64,000 nucleotides of DNA, from the NCBI GenBank assembly GCA_964504025.1, contig CAZDCO010000001.1:1397-65396 (forward strand), read 5' to 3'. This document shows, piece by piece, positions 10,095 through 20,174 of the stretch; position 1 is the stretch's first letter, and each line of letters begins with the position of its first letter. The position numbers were made by a program, and so were the translations under genes. Below the pieces are notes generated by a model. It ran no database searches, was not told where the DNA came from, and saw nothing but the letters and a program-made list of their open reading frames with translations. The stretch is from an uncultured Clostridia bacterium (lineage in GTDB: Bacteria > Bacillota > Clostridia > Christensenellales > Borkfalkiaceae).

Positions 10095-11282
10095 ATGAAA
10101 AACGAAAGCGTTGCCGTTTTAGACGTACGTTCTTATGAAATCACCTTTTTTCTCGGCTCGAAGGGGGTAAACGACACCTTCGTGCTCGGCGGCAGTCATA
10201 CCGAACCGTACGAAGGTTTTTCCAAAGACGGATTTTTGGATAAGGAGTCCTTCCGTCGCGCCGTCGTTGCCGCGATCACTTGCGTGCGGCAAAATTACGA
10301 AGGGGTGATCGGGGAAATTTTCGTGGGCGTTCCCACGGCGTTCGTATCCCTGCAAACGAAAGGGCATACGCTCTCCTTCCCTCGCAAACGGAAAATATCC
10401 TCTCCCGATATCGATATGCTCTACGAAAGCGGCTTGAACGAGTTGCTTCCCAAAGGGCGTTGTATCCGCAGCTCCGATATGTATTTCACGCTCGGCGATA
10501 ACCGTAAATATTTTTCGGCAGAAGACCTGTTCGGCGTTCCGACGGCACTTCTCAAAGGCGGCTTGTCCTACTATTTCATTGACGAATCGTTCTACGCGAC
10601 GGCAACCGCCGTCTTAAACGATTTGGGCTTTGAACGGGTGCGCTTTTTGCCTACTTCGTTGGCGCAGGCGTTGTATCTGTTCCCCGAAAAGAGAAGGGAA
10701 GGGTACGCGTTCTTGTTAGACGTCGGCTTTTTGACCTCTTCCATGTCCGTCGTGTACGGCAACGGAATCGTACACGAAGAAACGTTCGATTGCGGTTTGG
10801 GCACGGTGCTGGTGGCTTTGATGCAAGAGCTGGACGTCGAGTACGAAACGGCGCAGGAAATCTTATCCGCAACCGACGTGTCGGGCGGCAGCGTACCGAA
10901 AGACTTGTTGTGGAGTAGCGAACGGGGGAACGAATCGTTCTCCGTGCAACGGATCAACGAAATCGTCAAATGCGCGTTGGACGTGCTTTGCGAAAACGTG
11001 GAAACGTTCTTTGAAAAATATTACAGGGAACGCGCGACTGTCGCGCTCGCCGTAAATCCCGTATCGCTGACGGGCGAGGGAATTATGGGCGTCGTCGGCG
11101 CGGCGGAACATATATCCAAACGACTCAATCGGCTGACGGAAATCGTCTATCCCGATTTACCTTATTACGACAAGCCCTCCTTTTCGTCGAAGATCGCGTT
11201 GCTCGATATGGCGATCGGCGATCGGAAACGCCGCGGCTTGCGCTATAAAATTTTTAATACTTTCGGAGGAAAAAAGAAATGA
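10095..11282 (+). CDS. ftsA: Divergent actin-like cell division protein FtsA
   Basis: It lies directly upstream of ftsZ and overlaps it (ATGA). Actin-fold-like phosphate motifs LDVRSYEITF and LLDVGFLTSSMSVV are present, and a GGAGAGAGG RBS precedes ATG 10095. Confidence 0.65.
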   Translation: MKNESVAVLDVRSYEITFFLGSKGVNDTFVLGGSHTEPYEGFSKDGFLDKESFRRAVVAAITCVRQNYEGVIGEIFVGVPTAFVSLQTKGHTLSFPRKRKISSPDIDMLYESGLNELLPKGRCIRSSDMYFTLGDNRKYFSAEDLFGVPTALLKGGLSYYFIDESFYATATAVLNDLGFERVRFLPTSLAQALYLFPEKRREGYAFLLDVGFLTSSMSVVYGNGIVHEETFDCGLGTVLVALMQELDVEYETAQEILSATDVSGGSVPKDLLWSSERGNESFSVQRINEIVKCALDVLCENVETFFEKYYRERATVALAVNPVSLTGEGIMGVVGAAEHISKRLNRLTEIVYPDLPYYDKPSFSSKIALLDMAIGDRKRRGLRYKIFNTFGGKKK

Positions 11283-12700
11283 TGGACAACTACGGACAAA
11301 ACGAAAACTACGGCTACGAGAGCGTGAATACAAATGCGTTTACGCCCGACGCTAGCAACAACCTTTCCGGCGTGGCAAAGATCAAAGTCATCGGCGTCGG
11401 CGGCGCGGGTAACAACGCCGTGGATCGCTTGATCGAATCGGGCTTGCGCAGTGCGGAATACGTCGTCGTCAACACGGATAATCAGGCGTTGGCGCGTTCC
11501 AAAGCGAGCAATCGCGTGCAAATCGGCGTGAAATTGACGAAAGGTTTGGGCGCAGGCGCAGATCCTTCCGTCGGTAAAGCGGCTGCGGAAGAAAACAAAG
11601 AACAAATTCAAGAGTATTTGAAAAACACCGACTTGCTGTTTATTACGGCAGGTATGGGCGGCGGCACGGGTACGGGTGCGGCACCCGTCATCGCGAAGAT
11701 CGCGAAAGAGATGAAAATTCTCACCGTTGCGGTGGTAACATTGCCGTTCAGCTTCGAGGCGAAACGCCGTATGGATAACGCCCTTGCAGGCGTGGAAGAA
11801 TTGCGCAAATCGGTCGATTCGCTCATTACCATTCCCAACGATAAGATTCGTCAAGTCGTTCCGCGCGGCACGTCTTTCTCCGATTCGTTGAAGGTTGCCG
11901 ACGAAGTGCTTAGACAGGGTATCCGCGGCATTGCGGAATTGATCGTGAAATCTTCGCTTATCAATTTGGACTTCGCCGACGTCAAAGCGACGTTGAAAGG
12001 TCGCGGTTTGGCGCACATGGGTATCGGCGTTGCCAAGGGCGAAAAACGTATTTCCGACGCCGTGCGTTGCGCGGTTTGCAGTCCTTTGCTCAATACGACG
12101 ATCGAGGGCGCAAGTTCGGTCATTTTGAACATTATCGGCGGCAAAGATTTGTCTTTGGATGAAGTGGAAATGGCGGCGGATTTGGTACGCGGAGTAATCG
12201 ACTATTCCGCGAACGTTATCTTCGGCGCGTGTATCGACGAGAGTATGTCTGACGAAGTGGAAGTGGTCATCATCGCGACGGGCTTTAACAATCAGCAAAA
12301 CGGACTTACGCCCGACGCGCAGGAGAACGCACTCCGTCAAGCGGCGTTATTGTCCAAAAAGATCGATATGGCGTACGCCGAACCGCAACGGGAAGCCGCG
12401 GCAACCGCGTATCCTCAACAACCGTTCGCAGAAGGGGTAACGTACGCGCAACCCATCGCGCCGCAACAGCCCGTATACCCGACGTACGCACTGCCTATGC
12501 AACCGCAACAGCCCACGTACGGCGCACCTGCATACGCGCAGCCTATCCCTCAACCGCAACCTATGCAACCGCAACAGGCGGCGGCGTTCGAGCCGGACGA
12601 TCCCATTCCCGATAGCTATAAGAACGAAGAAAAGACGGATAGAAAGCACCGTCCGAAATTCGTGGACTATTTCATTAAACGCAACAACAAAGACGAATAA
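11279..12700 (+). CDS. ftsZ: Cell division GTPase FtsZ with a long Q/P-rich C-terminal linker
   Basis: GVGGAGNNAV and the tubulin signature GGGTGTGAAP, followed by NTDAQAL-like NTDNQAL. Confidence 0.97.
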   Translation: MMDNYGQNENYGYESVNTNAFTPDASNNLSGVAKIKVIGVGGAGNNAVDRLIESGLRSAEYVVVNTDNQALARSKASNRVQIGVKLTKGLGAGADPSVGKAAAEENKEQIQEYLKNTDLLFITAGMGGGTGTGAAPVIAKIAKEMKILTVAVVTLPFSFEAKRRMDNALAGVEELRKSVDSLITIPNDKIRQVVPRGTSFSDSLKVADEVLRQGIRGIAELIVKSSLINLDFADVKATLKGRGLAHMGIGVAKGEKRISDAVRCAVCSPLLNTTIEGASSVILNIIGGKDLSLDEVEMAADLVRGVIDYSANVIFGACIDESMSDEVEVVIIATGFNNQQNGLTPDAQENALRQAALLSKKIDMAYAEPQREAAATAYPQQPFAEGVTYAQPIAPQQPVYPTYALPMQPQQPTYGAPAYAQPIPQPQPMQPQQAAAFEPDDPIPDSYKNEEKTDRKHRPKFVDYFIKRNNKDE

Positions 12701-12708
12701 ACACGGTA

Positions 12709-12739
12709 GGCGGCGCAAACTTGCGCCGCCGCTGTTTTA
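12709..12739 (+). terminator. Rho-independent terminator after ftsZ
   Basis: GGCGGCGC-AAACTT-GCGCCGCC followed by GCTGTTTT. Confidence 0.7.
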
Positions 12740-12796
12740 CTCTTTTTTAGGCTGTCGGCAAGGCATATCTTCGCGGTGTAGCGCGTACAATATTGT

Positions 12797-14143
12797 ATGC
12801 GAGAAAACGGGAATTACGGAAAGAGTATCTATTTTATCGGTATCGGCGGCATCAGCATGAGCGCACTTGCGAAACTCGTGCGGCTCGACGGTTATACCGT
12901 ATCGGGCAGCGACGCCGTCCGTAGCGAGGAAACGGAAGACTTGCTCCGCTACGGGATCGAAGTGTTTATCGGCACGGACGGGCAAAGAATGGCGTTACGG
13001 AACGCGGACGTCGTGGTGTATACCGACGCGATTGCAAGCGACGATAGCGAACTCGTCGCGGCGCAAACGTTGGGCAAACGCATACTTTCGCGCGCGGAGT
13101 TGTTACAACTCGTTTGCGCGTCGTACGCCGACTCGATTGCGGTGGCAGGCAGCCACGGCAAAACGACGTGCACCTCGATGTGCGCGCATATTCTTCGCGC
13201 CGTCGGCGTACCGTTTACCGCGCATATCGGCGGCAGGGATAGTGAATTCGGCAATTTCTATTCGACGGGCAAAGAGTTCTTTTTGACGGAAGCGTGCGAA
13301 TATAAGCGTAACCTCTTAAAATTGCGCCCGACGGCGGCGGTATTGTTGAATATCGATCGCGATCACATGGAATGTTACAACGGCGCGGAAGATTTACGAA
13401 ATTGTTTTCGTGCTTTTTGCTCAACGGCGAAAACTGCGTTCGTTTGCGCGGACGACGAAGGGTGCAGGCGTTTAGGCGACTTTTCTACGTTCGGCGTTAC
13501 GTACGCGCTTGCCGATTATCGCGCGGTAGACGTTCGGACGAACGGCGAACGGTATTCGTTCACGGTAGAAGAGTACGGTAAGCTGCTTTGTCGGGTGCGT
13601 TTGCGCGCCATCGGCAGGTGCAACATGTATAACGCTTTGGCGGCGTTTGCCGTTACGCGTTCGTTCGGTTTTTCCGAAAAACAAATCGCCGAGGGGCTAT
13701 CCTCGTTCACGGCGGTGAAACGACGCTTTGAACGCATGGGCAGCTATCGCGGCGCGACGGTGATATGCGATTACGCGCATCATCCGAGGGAGATCGCCGC
13801 GACGGTGGCTACGGCGGAGGGAATATGTAAGGGCGCGCTGTACGTCGTCTTTCAGCCGCATACCTATTCTCGCACGCGCATGCTCTTGTCCGAGTTCGTG
13901 CGCGCCCTCCGACCGATCAAGAATTTGATGATCTATAAGACCTATCCCGCGCGTGAAAAATTCGACGAAGAGGGCAGCGCGTTGCGTTTGTCGCAATGCG
14001 TGGGAGATTGCCTGTATTCGGAGAACGCACACGTTTTGAAAACGTGGTTAAAAAAGACGGTGAAAGACGGGGACGTCGTGCTGTTTTTGGGCGCAGGCGA
14101 TATCTATTTTATCGCGCAATATATCCTGAAAGAATTTAAGTGA
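12797..14143 (+). CDS. murC: UDP-N-acetylmuramate--L-alanine ligase
   Basis: IYFIGIGGISMSALA N-terminal Rossmann motif and AVAGSHGKTTCTSM P-loop. Confidence 0.92.
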   Translation: MRENGNYGKSIYFIGIGGISMSALAKLVRLDGYTVSGSDAVRSEETEDLLRYGIEVFIGTDGQRMALRNADVVVYTDAIASDDSELVAAQTLGKRILSRAELLQLVCASYADSIAVAGSHGKTTCTSMCAHILRAVGVPFTAHIGGRDSEFGNFYSTGKEFFLTEACEYKRNLLKLRPTAAVLLNIDRDHMECYNGAEDLRNCFRAFCSTAKTAFVCADDEGCRRLGDFSTFGVTYALADYRAVDVRTNGERYSFTVEEYGKLLCRVRLRAIGRCNMYNALAAFAVTRSFGFSEKQIAEGLSSFTAVKRRFERMGSYRGATVICDYAHHPREIAATVATAEGICKGALYVVFQPHTYSRTRMLLSEFVRALRPIKNLMIYKTYPAREKFDEEGSALRLSQCVGDCLYSENAHVLKTWLKKTVKDGDVVLFLGAGDIYFIAQYILKEFK

Positions 14144-14157
14144 ACGAAAAAAGAATT

Positions 14158-14216
14158 AAAAACGGACGGTAGAGGCGAAGAAAGGAAAAAACTTCGTTTT
14201 TCGTCCGTTTTTTTTG
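14158..14216 (+). terminator. Long hairpin terminator after murC
   Basis: AAAAACGGACG ... CGTCCGTTTTTTTTT, with an inner CGAAG/CTTCG stem. Confidence 0.75.
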
Positions 14217-14299
14217 CTTGAAACTATTGATAATTATGAAAAAAAATGATATAATTAAACGGTATAATATCGTAGAAAATCTAAAAAGGGGGATTCCTT

Positions 14300-17200
14300 T
14301 TGAAAAGGCAAGAAGAACGTCAAGAAAACCGAAAAGAAAGTACGAACGATTTGGTAACCAAGGAAACGATTTGCGCCGTATTCGCGCTGCTTTCCCTGCT
14401 CGCTTTGTTTATCCTTTGCACGGGAGAGTTGGTATTCGGAACGATCGGATATTCCGTTTGCGTCTTTTTAACGGGCTTGTTCGGTTACGCCGCCTATCCC
14501 GTATGTTGCGGCGCGCTCTATTTGTGCGTAACGGCGTTGATCGGCAAGCGTTTGATTAAAAACAGATGCGCGTTCGTCCGTATCGTCGTCGCCGTCGTTT
14601 GCGCGGCGTTGATCGTACATACGGCAACTACCTTTTCTTGGGCTTCGGAAACGTATTTGTCGCAATGCTTTGCCGCAGGCGAGAAATTTCCTGCCGTAAC
14701 CGTATGCGGTTGGGTGGGTGGTTTGTTGGTGGCGTTGCTTTCCGCCATTACGACGAAAGTCGGCGCGCTCGTTGTCTTTTCCGCGTTGACGCTCTTTTTC
14801 GGCTACCTCGCGTATGCGGCGTTGACGAAGGGAACGAAAGCGGAAACCGAAACGAATACGGCAATGCCCGTACAGTCTACCGTTACCCCCGTGGAAATTC
14901 CTTTGACGAATACGCCGTCGGTGCGTCCGCAAGAAGGAACGGTGCAATCGAATGAAATTCCGTTTGAACGGGTAGAACCGCAGGAAAGACGTCCGTTCTT
15001 TGAAGAACCGGTTGCGCAGCGCCCTGCGTTTACGCTTGCCGATACGCCTACCGAACAGCCTGCGCAAGGGGGCGCGTTCTCACCGTTCGCTACGCCCAAC
15101 GAAACGAACGAGAGGGGATATTCCTACGAGGACAGCCGCGCGTTCTTGTTCGGCGGTACGCCTGCGGAAAATTATCAACGCAATTTGATTTTCGATCCCA
15201 ACGCGAACGTGAATAAACGTCCGCCCGTCGATCCGAACGAGAACGGCGTATTGCAAAGCGGCTACACGCCGTCGTATACGGAAGCTTATCAAAACGCAGT
15301 CAACGCGGAACAGCCCGTGCGCCCGATGAAAATCTTTTCCGATCGCACCGAACGGACGTATGAACCTGCACAGCCGATCGTGGAAACGCCCGTAACGCCG
15401 TTGCAACCGATCGAACCGCCCGTCGTAGAAGAAACGCGACCGCAACCGATCGTGGAAACGCCCGTTGCGGAAGAGCGTACGTATACGCAAGTTTACGAAG
15501 AACCGCAGGAAGAACCTACTCGTTCTTCCGAAGGGTATCAACGGCACGAATATATGGATCTTTTTTCGTCGGCTAATCCCAACGTGTTCGGCAACTCCGA
15601 AGAGGATAGACGATTCGCGGACGAAACGTTCGATAGAACGCCCGTTTCCGCTCGAGAGGAAGAACGAGCGGACGGAACGGAACTCCCCGAACGGGACGGC
15701 TTGCACATCTTCGACGAAGACGAACCGTACTCGCTTAGAACGGACTTTGAAGAACGCCGAACGGACTTTGAAACGCGCGATCGTTTTGACGATAGAAACG
15801 ACGATAGAGGCTTGTCGCGCGATATTGAACCTGTGCGCGACGACGAGTTGTTGGCGGTGCGCGACGATAGGGTGATTTCCGATCGTTTTGAAACGCCGAC
15901 CGTGCAAAAAACGGTAGAGCCAGAACCCGTCAAAAAGGAAGAACCTGCGCCTGCACCGCCGAAACCGCGCGTCATTCGTCCGTACGTGCGCGTACCTTTG
16001 GACGATTTTGATTGCCGCGACGTAGAGCCGTTGCAAAACCCCGAAGAAGTCGAGGAAACGAAAGCGACCATTTTGGCGACTTTGGAAGATTATAAAGTTA
16101 CGGGCGCGTCGATTGCTTCGGTAACGTTCGGACCGACCGTTACCCGCTACAATGTTACGATTCCTCGGAACATTCCGCCGAAGAAAGTCGTCGCACTCGA
16201 TCAACCGATGGCGATCAGCTTATATTCGAGCGGCGTCAATATCTATCCCAATTACGAAGACGGCGTCGTCAGTATCGAAGTGCCGAACAAACAACGGCAA
16301 TTCGTACAACTCGGTTGTATGCTGTCGGGGGATACGTACGTCAACGCCAAGTCGTCCTCCATTATGTTTGCTATGGGTAAGGACGCAGGCAATCGCAAAG
16401 TATACGGGGACATTTCCAAAATGATCCACTTGCTCGTAGCTGGTTCGTCCGGTTCGGGTAAGAGCGTATTTTTAGGTTCGCTAATCATCAGTTTGATTTA
16501 TAAATACTCTCCCGAAGAGTTGCGTTTGATTTTGATTGACCCCAAAAAGACGGAATTCGTCTTGTATAACAACCTGCCGCACCTTATGATCAACGAGATC
16601 ATTACGGACGCGAATAAGGCTGTACAAAGCTTGAATTGGGCAATCGGCGAAATGAATCGTCGGTACGGTTTGTTTGAACAGATGAGCCGTTCGGGAACGT
16701 ACGTCGTCAATTTGGATCAATACAACTCCCACCTCGAAAAAGCCGAGCGTTTGCCTAAGATCGTCATCATTATAGACGAGCTTGCCGACTTGATGCTCGC
16801 GGCGAAAAAGGATATCGAAGACAAAATACAAAACTTGACGCAAAAGGCGCGTGCCGCAGGTATACACCTCGTCGTGGCAACGCAGCGTCCGTCCACCGAC
16901 GTCATTACGGGCGTCATTAAGAGTAACTTGCCCACCCGTATCGCGTTCGCCGTGGCAACCGACGTGGACTCGCGCGTTATCCTCGATCAATCGGGTGCGC
17001 AAAAGCTACTCGGCAAAGGCGACTTCCTGTATACCATGCAGGGCGTAAATACGCCCGTGCGCGTGCAGAGTGCGTTCATTTCTTCGGAAGATTCGCAACG
17101 CGTCGTCAACTTTATTAAAGCGAACAACGAGGCGTATTACGACGAAAGCGCGACGGCGTTTATCAACAATACGCGCGGTTCGTCCGAAGGCGGCGCAGGC

Positions 17201-17434
17201 GGTTCGAGTGACGAGATCGAACCTGTGTATATCGAAGCTTTGCATTATGTAATTTTGTGCAATAGCGCGTCCATTTCCCTGATCCAACGGAAATGCTCTA
17301 TCGGCTATCATAAAGCAGGTAAGATCGTCGAATGGATGGAAGATATGGGCTATATTTCCAGCTTCGAAGGCGCGAAGGCAAGAAAGGTACTGATCAGCAA
17401 GGAAGAATTTGAAAGCAAATACGGCCCGCTGTAA
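14300..17434 (+). CDS. ftsK: DNA translocase FtsK/SpoIIIE (TTG start)
   Basis: N-terminal TM helices, a long P/E/R-rich linker, motor Walker A VAGSSGSGKS, Walker B IIIDELADL, and a C-terminal gamma winged-helix SLIQRKCSIGYHKAGKIVEWME. Confidence 0.95.
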   Translation: MKRQEERQENRKESTNDLVTKETICAVFALLSLLALFILCTGELVFGTIGYSVCVFLTGLFGYAAYPVCCGALYLCVTALIGKRLIKNRCAFVRIVVAVVCAALIVHTATTFSWASETYLSQCFAAGEKFPAVTVCGWVGGLLVALLSAITTKVGALVVFSALTLFFGYLAYAALTKGTKAETETNTAMPVQSTVTPVEIPLTNTPSVRPQEGTVQSNEIPFERVEPQERRPFFEEPVAQRPAFTLADTPTEQPAQGGAFSPFATPNETNERGYSYEDSRAFLFGGTPAENYQRNLIFDPNANVNKRPPVDPNENGVLQSGYTPSYTEAYQNAVNAEQPVRPMKIFSDRTERTYEPAQPIVETPVTPLQPIEPPVVEETRPQPIVETPVAEERTYTQVYEEPQEEPTRSSEGYQRHEYMDLFSSANPNVFGNSEEDRRFADETFDRTPVSAREEERADGTELPERDGLHIFDEDEPYSLRTDFEERRTDFETRDRFDDRNDDRGLSRDIEPVRDDELLAVRDDRVISDRFETPTVQKTVEPEPVKKEEPAPAPPKPRVIRPYVRVPLDDFDCRDVEPLQNPEEVEETKATILATLEDYKVTGASIASVTFGPTVTRYNVTIPRNIPPKKVVALDQPMAISLYSSGVNIYPNYEDGVVSIEVPNKQRQFVQLGCMLSGDTYVNAKSSSIMFAMGKDAGNRKVYGDISKMIHLLVAGSSGSGKSVFLGSLIISLIYKYSPEELRLILIDPKKTEFVLYNNLPHLMINEIITDANKAVQSLNWAIGEMNRRYGLFEQMSRSGTYVVNLDQYNSHLEKAERLPKIVIIIDELADLMLAAKKDIEDKIQNLTQKARAAGIHLVVATQRPSTDVITGVIKSNLPTRIAFAVATDVDSRVILDQSGAQKLLGKGDFLYTMQGVNTPVRVQSAFISSEDSQRVVNFIKANNEAYYDESATAFINNTRGSSEGGAGGSSDEIEPVYIEALHYVILCNSASISLIQRKCSIGYHKAGKIVEWMEDMGYISSFEGAKARKVLISKEEFESKYGPL

Positions 17435-17507
17435 AAAAGCAAAGAAAAATTAAAATAGGCGTACGGTTGTCATATTTTATGTGATATACTGTATGCAAAG
17501 GAATAAG

Positions 17508-18848
17508 ATGAATGTACGAGATAAACTGTTCGGCGTCATTTCACTCGGTTGCGATAAGAACCGCGTGGACAGCGAAAAGTTAATCGGGTTGTTGCGCGAG
17601 CAGGGCTGCCGTTTGACGGACGACCTTGCCAAGGCGCAAATCGTGATCGTCAATACCTGCGCGTTTTTGAAATCGGCGCGCGAGGAAGCGATAGACACCC
17701 TGTTAGAATGTGCCGAATATAAAAAACAAAACTTGGAAAAACTCGTCGTAACGGGCTGTTTACCGCAAAAATTTATCGACGAGTTGTACGAACCGTTGCA
17801 AGAGGCGGACGTTTTCTTGGGCATTTCCGACTACGAAAAGATTTTCGAGGCGTTGGAAAGATCGTATCGGGAAAACGCGCGACAAAACTACGTAGCGTGC
17901 GGAAACGACGGGTATATCTTTCCCCGCACGCTGACGACGCCCGAACATTACGCGTATTTGAAAATCGCCGACGGCTGTTATAACCGTTGTACCTATTGCC
18001 TGATCCCGAAAATTCGCGGTAAGTATCGTTCCTATCCTATGGACAAGCTCATCAAAGAAGCGGAGGCGTTGGGCGACGTTGCCGAGTTGATTATCGTGGC
18101 GCAGGATACGACGAGATACGGGGAAGACCTGTACGGAGAAAACCGTTTCGTGGCGTTGTTGCGCGCCCTTTCCGCGTTGGAAAATATACGTTCGATTCGC
18201 TTGTTGTATTGCTATCCCGACGTAATCACCGACGCGTTGATCGACGAGGTTGCCGACAATCCGAAAATTATCAAATACATGGATATCCCGTTGCAGCATA
18301 GCGAAAACCGCGTGTTGAAGCTGATGAACCGCAAGGGGACGCGCGAGGGATATTTAGAACTGTTGCGAAAATTGCGTGCGCGCATACCGAATATTGCCGT
18401 TCGATCGACGTTTATCAGCGGCTTCCCGTCGGAGACGGAAGAGGAATTCGAGGGCATGCAAAACTTCTTGCGCGAGGCGCAGCTTTGGAATTGCGGTTTC
18501 TTCGCCTATTCTCGCGAGCCGGACACGGCGGCGGATCGTATGAAAGGACACGTGCATCACGCGACGAAAGCAAGACGGGTGCGCGCGTTATACGAAACGC
18601 AGGAAGAAATTTCCGTAAACCGTTTGCGCGCGTTCGTGGGCAAGGAAATAGAAGTGCTGTGCGACGGTATCGACTACGAGAAAAATTGCTTCGTCGGCAG
18701 GGCGTACTTCAACGCTCCCGATATCGACGGCAAGGTATATTTCAACGCGTCGTTCGCCGAGCAGGGCGAACGGTATACCGTAACAGTTACGAGCGCGGAC
18801 AGCTATGATTTATATGGAAAAACGGAGGACTATTATGAACTTACCTAA
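17508..18848 (+). CDS. rimO: Ribosomal protein S12 methylthiotransferase RimO (radical SAM MTTase)
   Basis: SLGCDKNRVDSE N-terminal cluster motif, radical-SAM CYNRCTYC, a C-terminal TRAM region, and the conserved rimO-pgsA-cinA-recA neighbourhood. An AAGGAA RBS precedes ATG 17508. Confidence 0.85.
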   Translation: MNVRDKLFGVISLGCDKNRVDSEKLIGLLREQGCRLTDDLAKAQIVIVNTCAFLKSAREEAIDTLLECAEYKKQNLEKLVVTGCLPQKFIDELYEPLQEADVFLGISDYEKIFEALERSYRENARQNYVACGNDGYIFPRTLTTPEHYAYLKIADGCYNRCTYCLIPKIRGKYRSYPMDKLIKEAEALGDVAELIIVAQDTTRYGEDLYGENRFVALLRALSALENIRSIRLLYCYPDVITDALIDEVADNPKIIKYMDIPLQHSENRVLKLMNRKGTREGYLELLRKLRARIPNIAVRSTFISGFPSETEEEFEGMQNFLREAQLWNCGFFAYSREPDTAADRMKGHVHHATKARRVRALYETQEEISVNRLRAFVGKEIEVLCDGIDYEKNCFVGRAYFNAPDIDGKVYFNASFAEQGERYTVTVTSADSYDLYGKTEDYYELT

Positions 18849-19437
18849 CAAAATCACTTTATCGAGAATTTGTATGATTCCCGTATTCGTGGCAATCTTC
18901 TTTTTGACGATGATTCCCGGTAATTACGTAATCGCGGCGATTATCTTCGCGGTGGCGGCTTGTACCGACTTTTTAGACGGACATATCGCGCGTTCTCGCG
19001 GTTTGGTGACGAACCTTGGAAAATTCCTCGATCCCATTGCGGATAAGGTACTCGTTTCCACGGCTATGTTGTTGCTACTGACGATGAAAAATTCGCTGTT
19101 CGCGCTTCTCGGTAGCGCAAGCGACGCTATCTACGTCGTCGCGACGATTTGCATTTGTATCATCACCGCGCGCGAATTTATTATCAGCGCGTTCCGTCAA
19201 ATTGCGGCGGCAAACGGTATGATTATGGCAGCGGAAAAACTCGGTAAATACAAGACGGCTTGCCAAGACGTGGCGATCTTCATTTTGATTTTCGCCGCAG
19301 GTTTCACGGGCACGTTCGCTACGGTGTTGGCGTGGGTAGGTTTCGGTTTATTCGCCGTTGCTACGGTGTTGACGATTTGGTCGGGTATTTCCTACGTCGT
19401 AAAGCATAGCGAAGTGTTGCACGATAAAAAGGACTAA
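18835..19437 (+). CDS. pgsA: CDP-diacylglycerol--glycerol-3-phosphate 3-phosphatidyltransferase
   Basis: CDP-alcohol phosphotransferase motif DFLDGHIARSRGLVTNLGKFLDPIADK. A GGAGG RBS precedes ATG 18835. Confidence 0.93.
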   Translation: MNLPNKITLSRICMIPVFVAIFFLTMIPGNYVIAAIIFAVAACTDFLDGHIARSRGLVTNLGKFLDPIADKVLVSTAMLLLLTMKNSLFALLGSASDAIYVVATICICIITAREFIISAFRQIAAANGMIMAAEKLGKYKTACQDVAIFILIFAAGFTGTFATVLAWVGFGLFAVATVLTIWSGISYVVKHSEVLHDKKD

Positions 19438-19468
19438 GGTATATGAGTACGGAAAAGACGGTGCTGCG

Positions 19469-20152
19469 TTGTATCGGCGCGTCGGAAGCGCACGTGCAGG
19501 GCGTATTGTCGCGCGCGGCGCAGGTGACGGCGGTCAATGCAAGTATAGCCGCTTTCGGAAATACGACGAGGACGTCATCGGGATCGAATACGACGAAAAT
19601 ATCCCCAAACGACTGTTGGACGACGTGTTGCGCGTGTTTGCCGACGGCTTGGCAGACTGCTTGTATGCCATGGACGATACGCCGTTGGAAGAACAACTCG
19701 TGCGGCTGTTGAAATTGCGCGGACAAAAACTCAGCGTTGCCGAATCGTTTACGGGCGGCGGAATCGGACGACGGATCGTAAGCGTCGCCGGTGCGAGCGC
19801 GGTGTTCTTCGAGGGACTGAATACGTATAACGAATCGTCGAAGATCAAACGATTGGGCGTGTCGGAATACACGCTAAAAACGTTCGGCGCGGTATCCGAG
19901 CAAACGGCGTACGAAATGGCGGCAGGGCTGATCGCCACGGGCGATTGCGAGTTGTGTATCGCCACGACGGGGTACGCAGGACCGACTACGGATAACGTAG
20001 CGATGCCCGTCGGGCTTTGCTATCTTGCCGTCGGAACGCGAGAACGGGTATACGTGTATCGTTACAAATTCAACGGCAATCGGGAAGAAATTACCGAAAC
20101 GGCAATCAATTACGCGTTGTTTTTGGCGTATAAGCAATTAAAAAAGATGTAA
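19469..20152 (+). CDS. cinA: CinA-family protein, C-terminal PncC-like nicotinamide-nucleotide amidase domain (5' end and frame uncertain)
   Basis: [16 protein letters not shown] ... ATTGYAGP motifs of the CinA C-terminal domain. The better start context is ATG 19443 in another frame (see findings). Confidence 0.75.
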   Translation: MYRRVGSARAGRIVARGAGDGGQCKYSRFRKYDEDVIGIEYDENIPKRLLDDVLRVFADGLADCLYAMDDTPLEEQLVRLLKLRGQKLSVAESFTGGGIGRRIVSVAGASAVFFEGLNTYNESSKIKRLGVSEYTLKTFGAVSEQTAYEMAAGLIATGDCELCIATTGYAGPTTDNVAMPVGLCYLAVGTRERVYVYRYKFNGNREEITETAINYALFLAYKQLKKM

Positions 20153-20174
20153 AATAAATAGCAGGAGAAATATT

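Noticed and set aside
11243-12340. 365-aa minus-strand ORF opposite ftsZ. Similar ORFs lie at 15080..16204 opposite ftsK, 8191..9231 opposite murA, 20502..21308 opposite recA and 23399..24328.
   Set aside because: These are antisense shadows of unambiguous, highly conserved genes.
14218-14559. 113-aa ORF overlapping the ftsK start.
   Set aside because: It is in a different frame from ftsK and has basic, low-complexity sequence. The ftsK TTG start at 14300 has an AGGGGG RBS and a TM-rich N-terminus.
15360-15470. A repeated QPIVETPV-coding segment and other low-complexity repeats in the ftsK linker.
   Set aside because: FtsK linkers are typically P/E/Q-rich and repetitive, so no independent function is implied.
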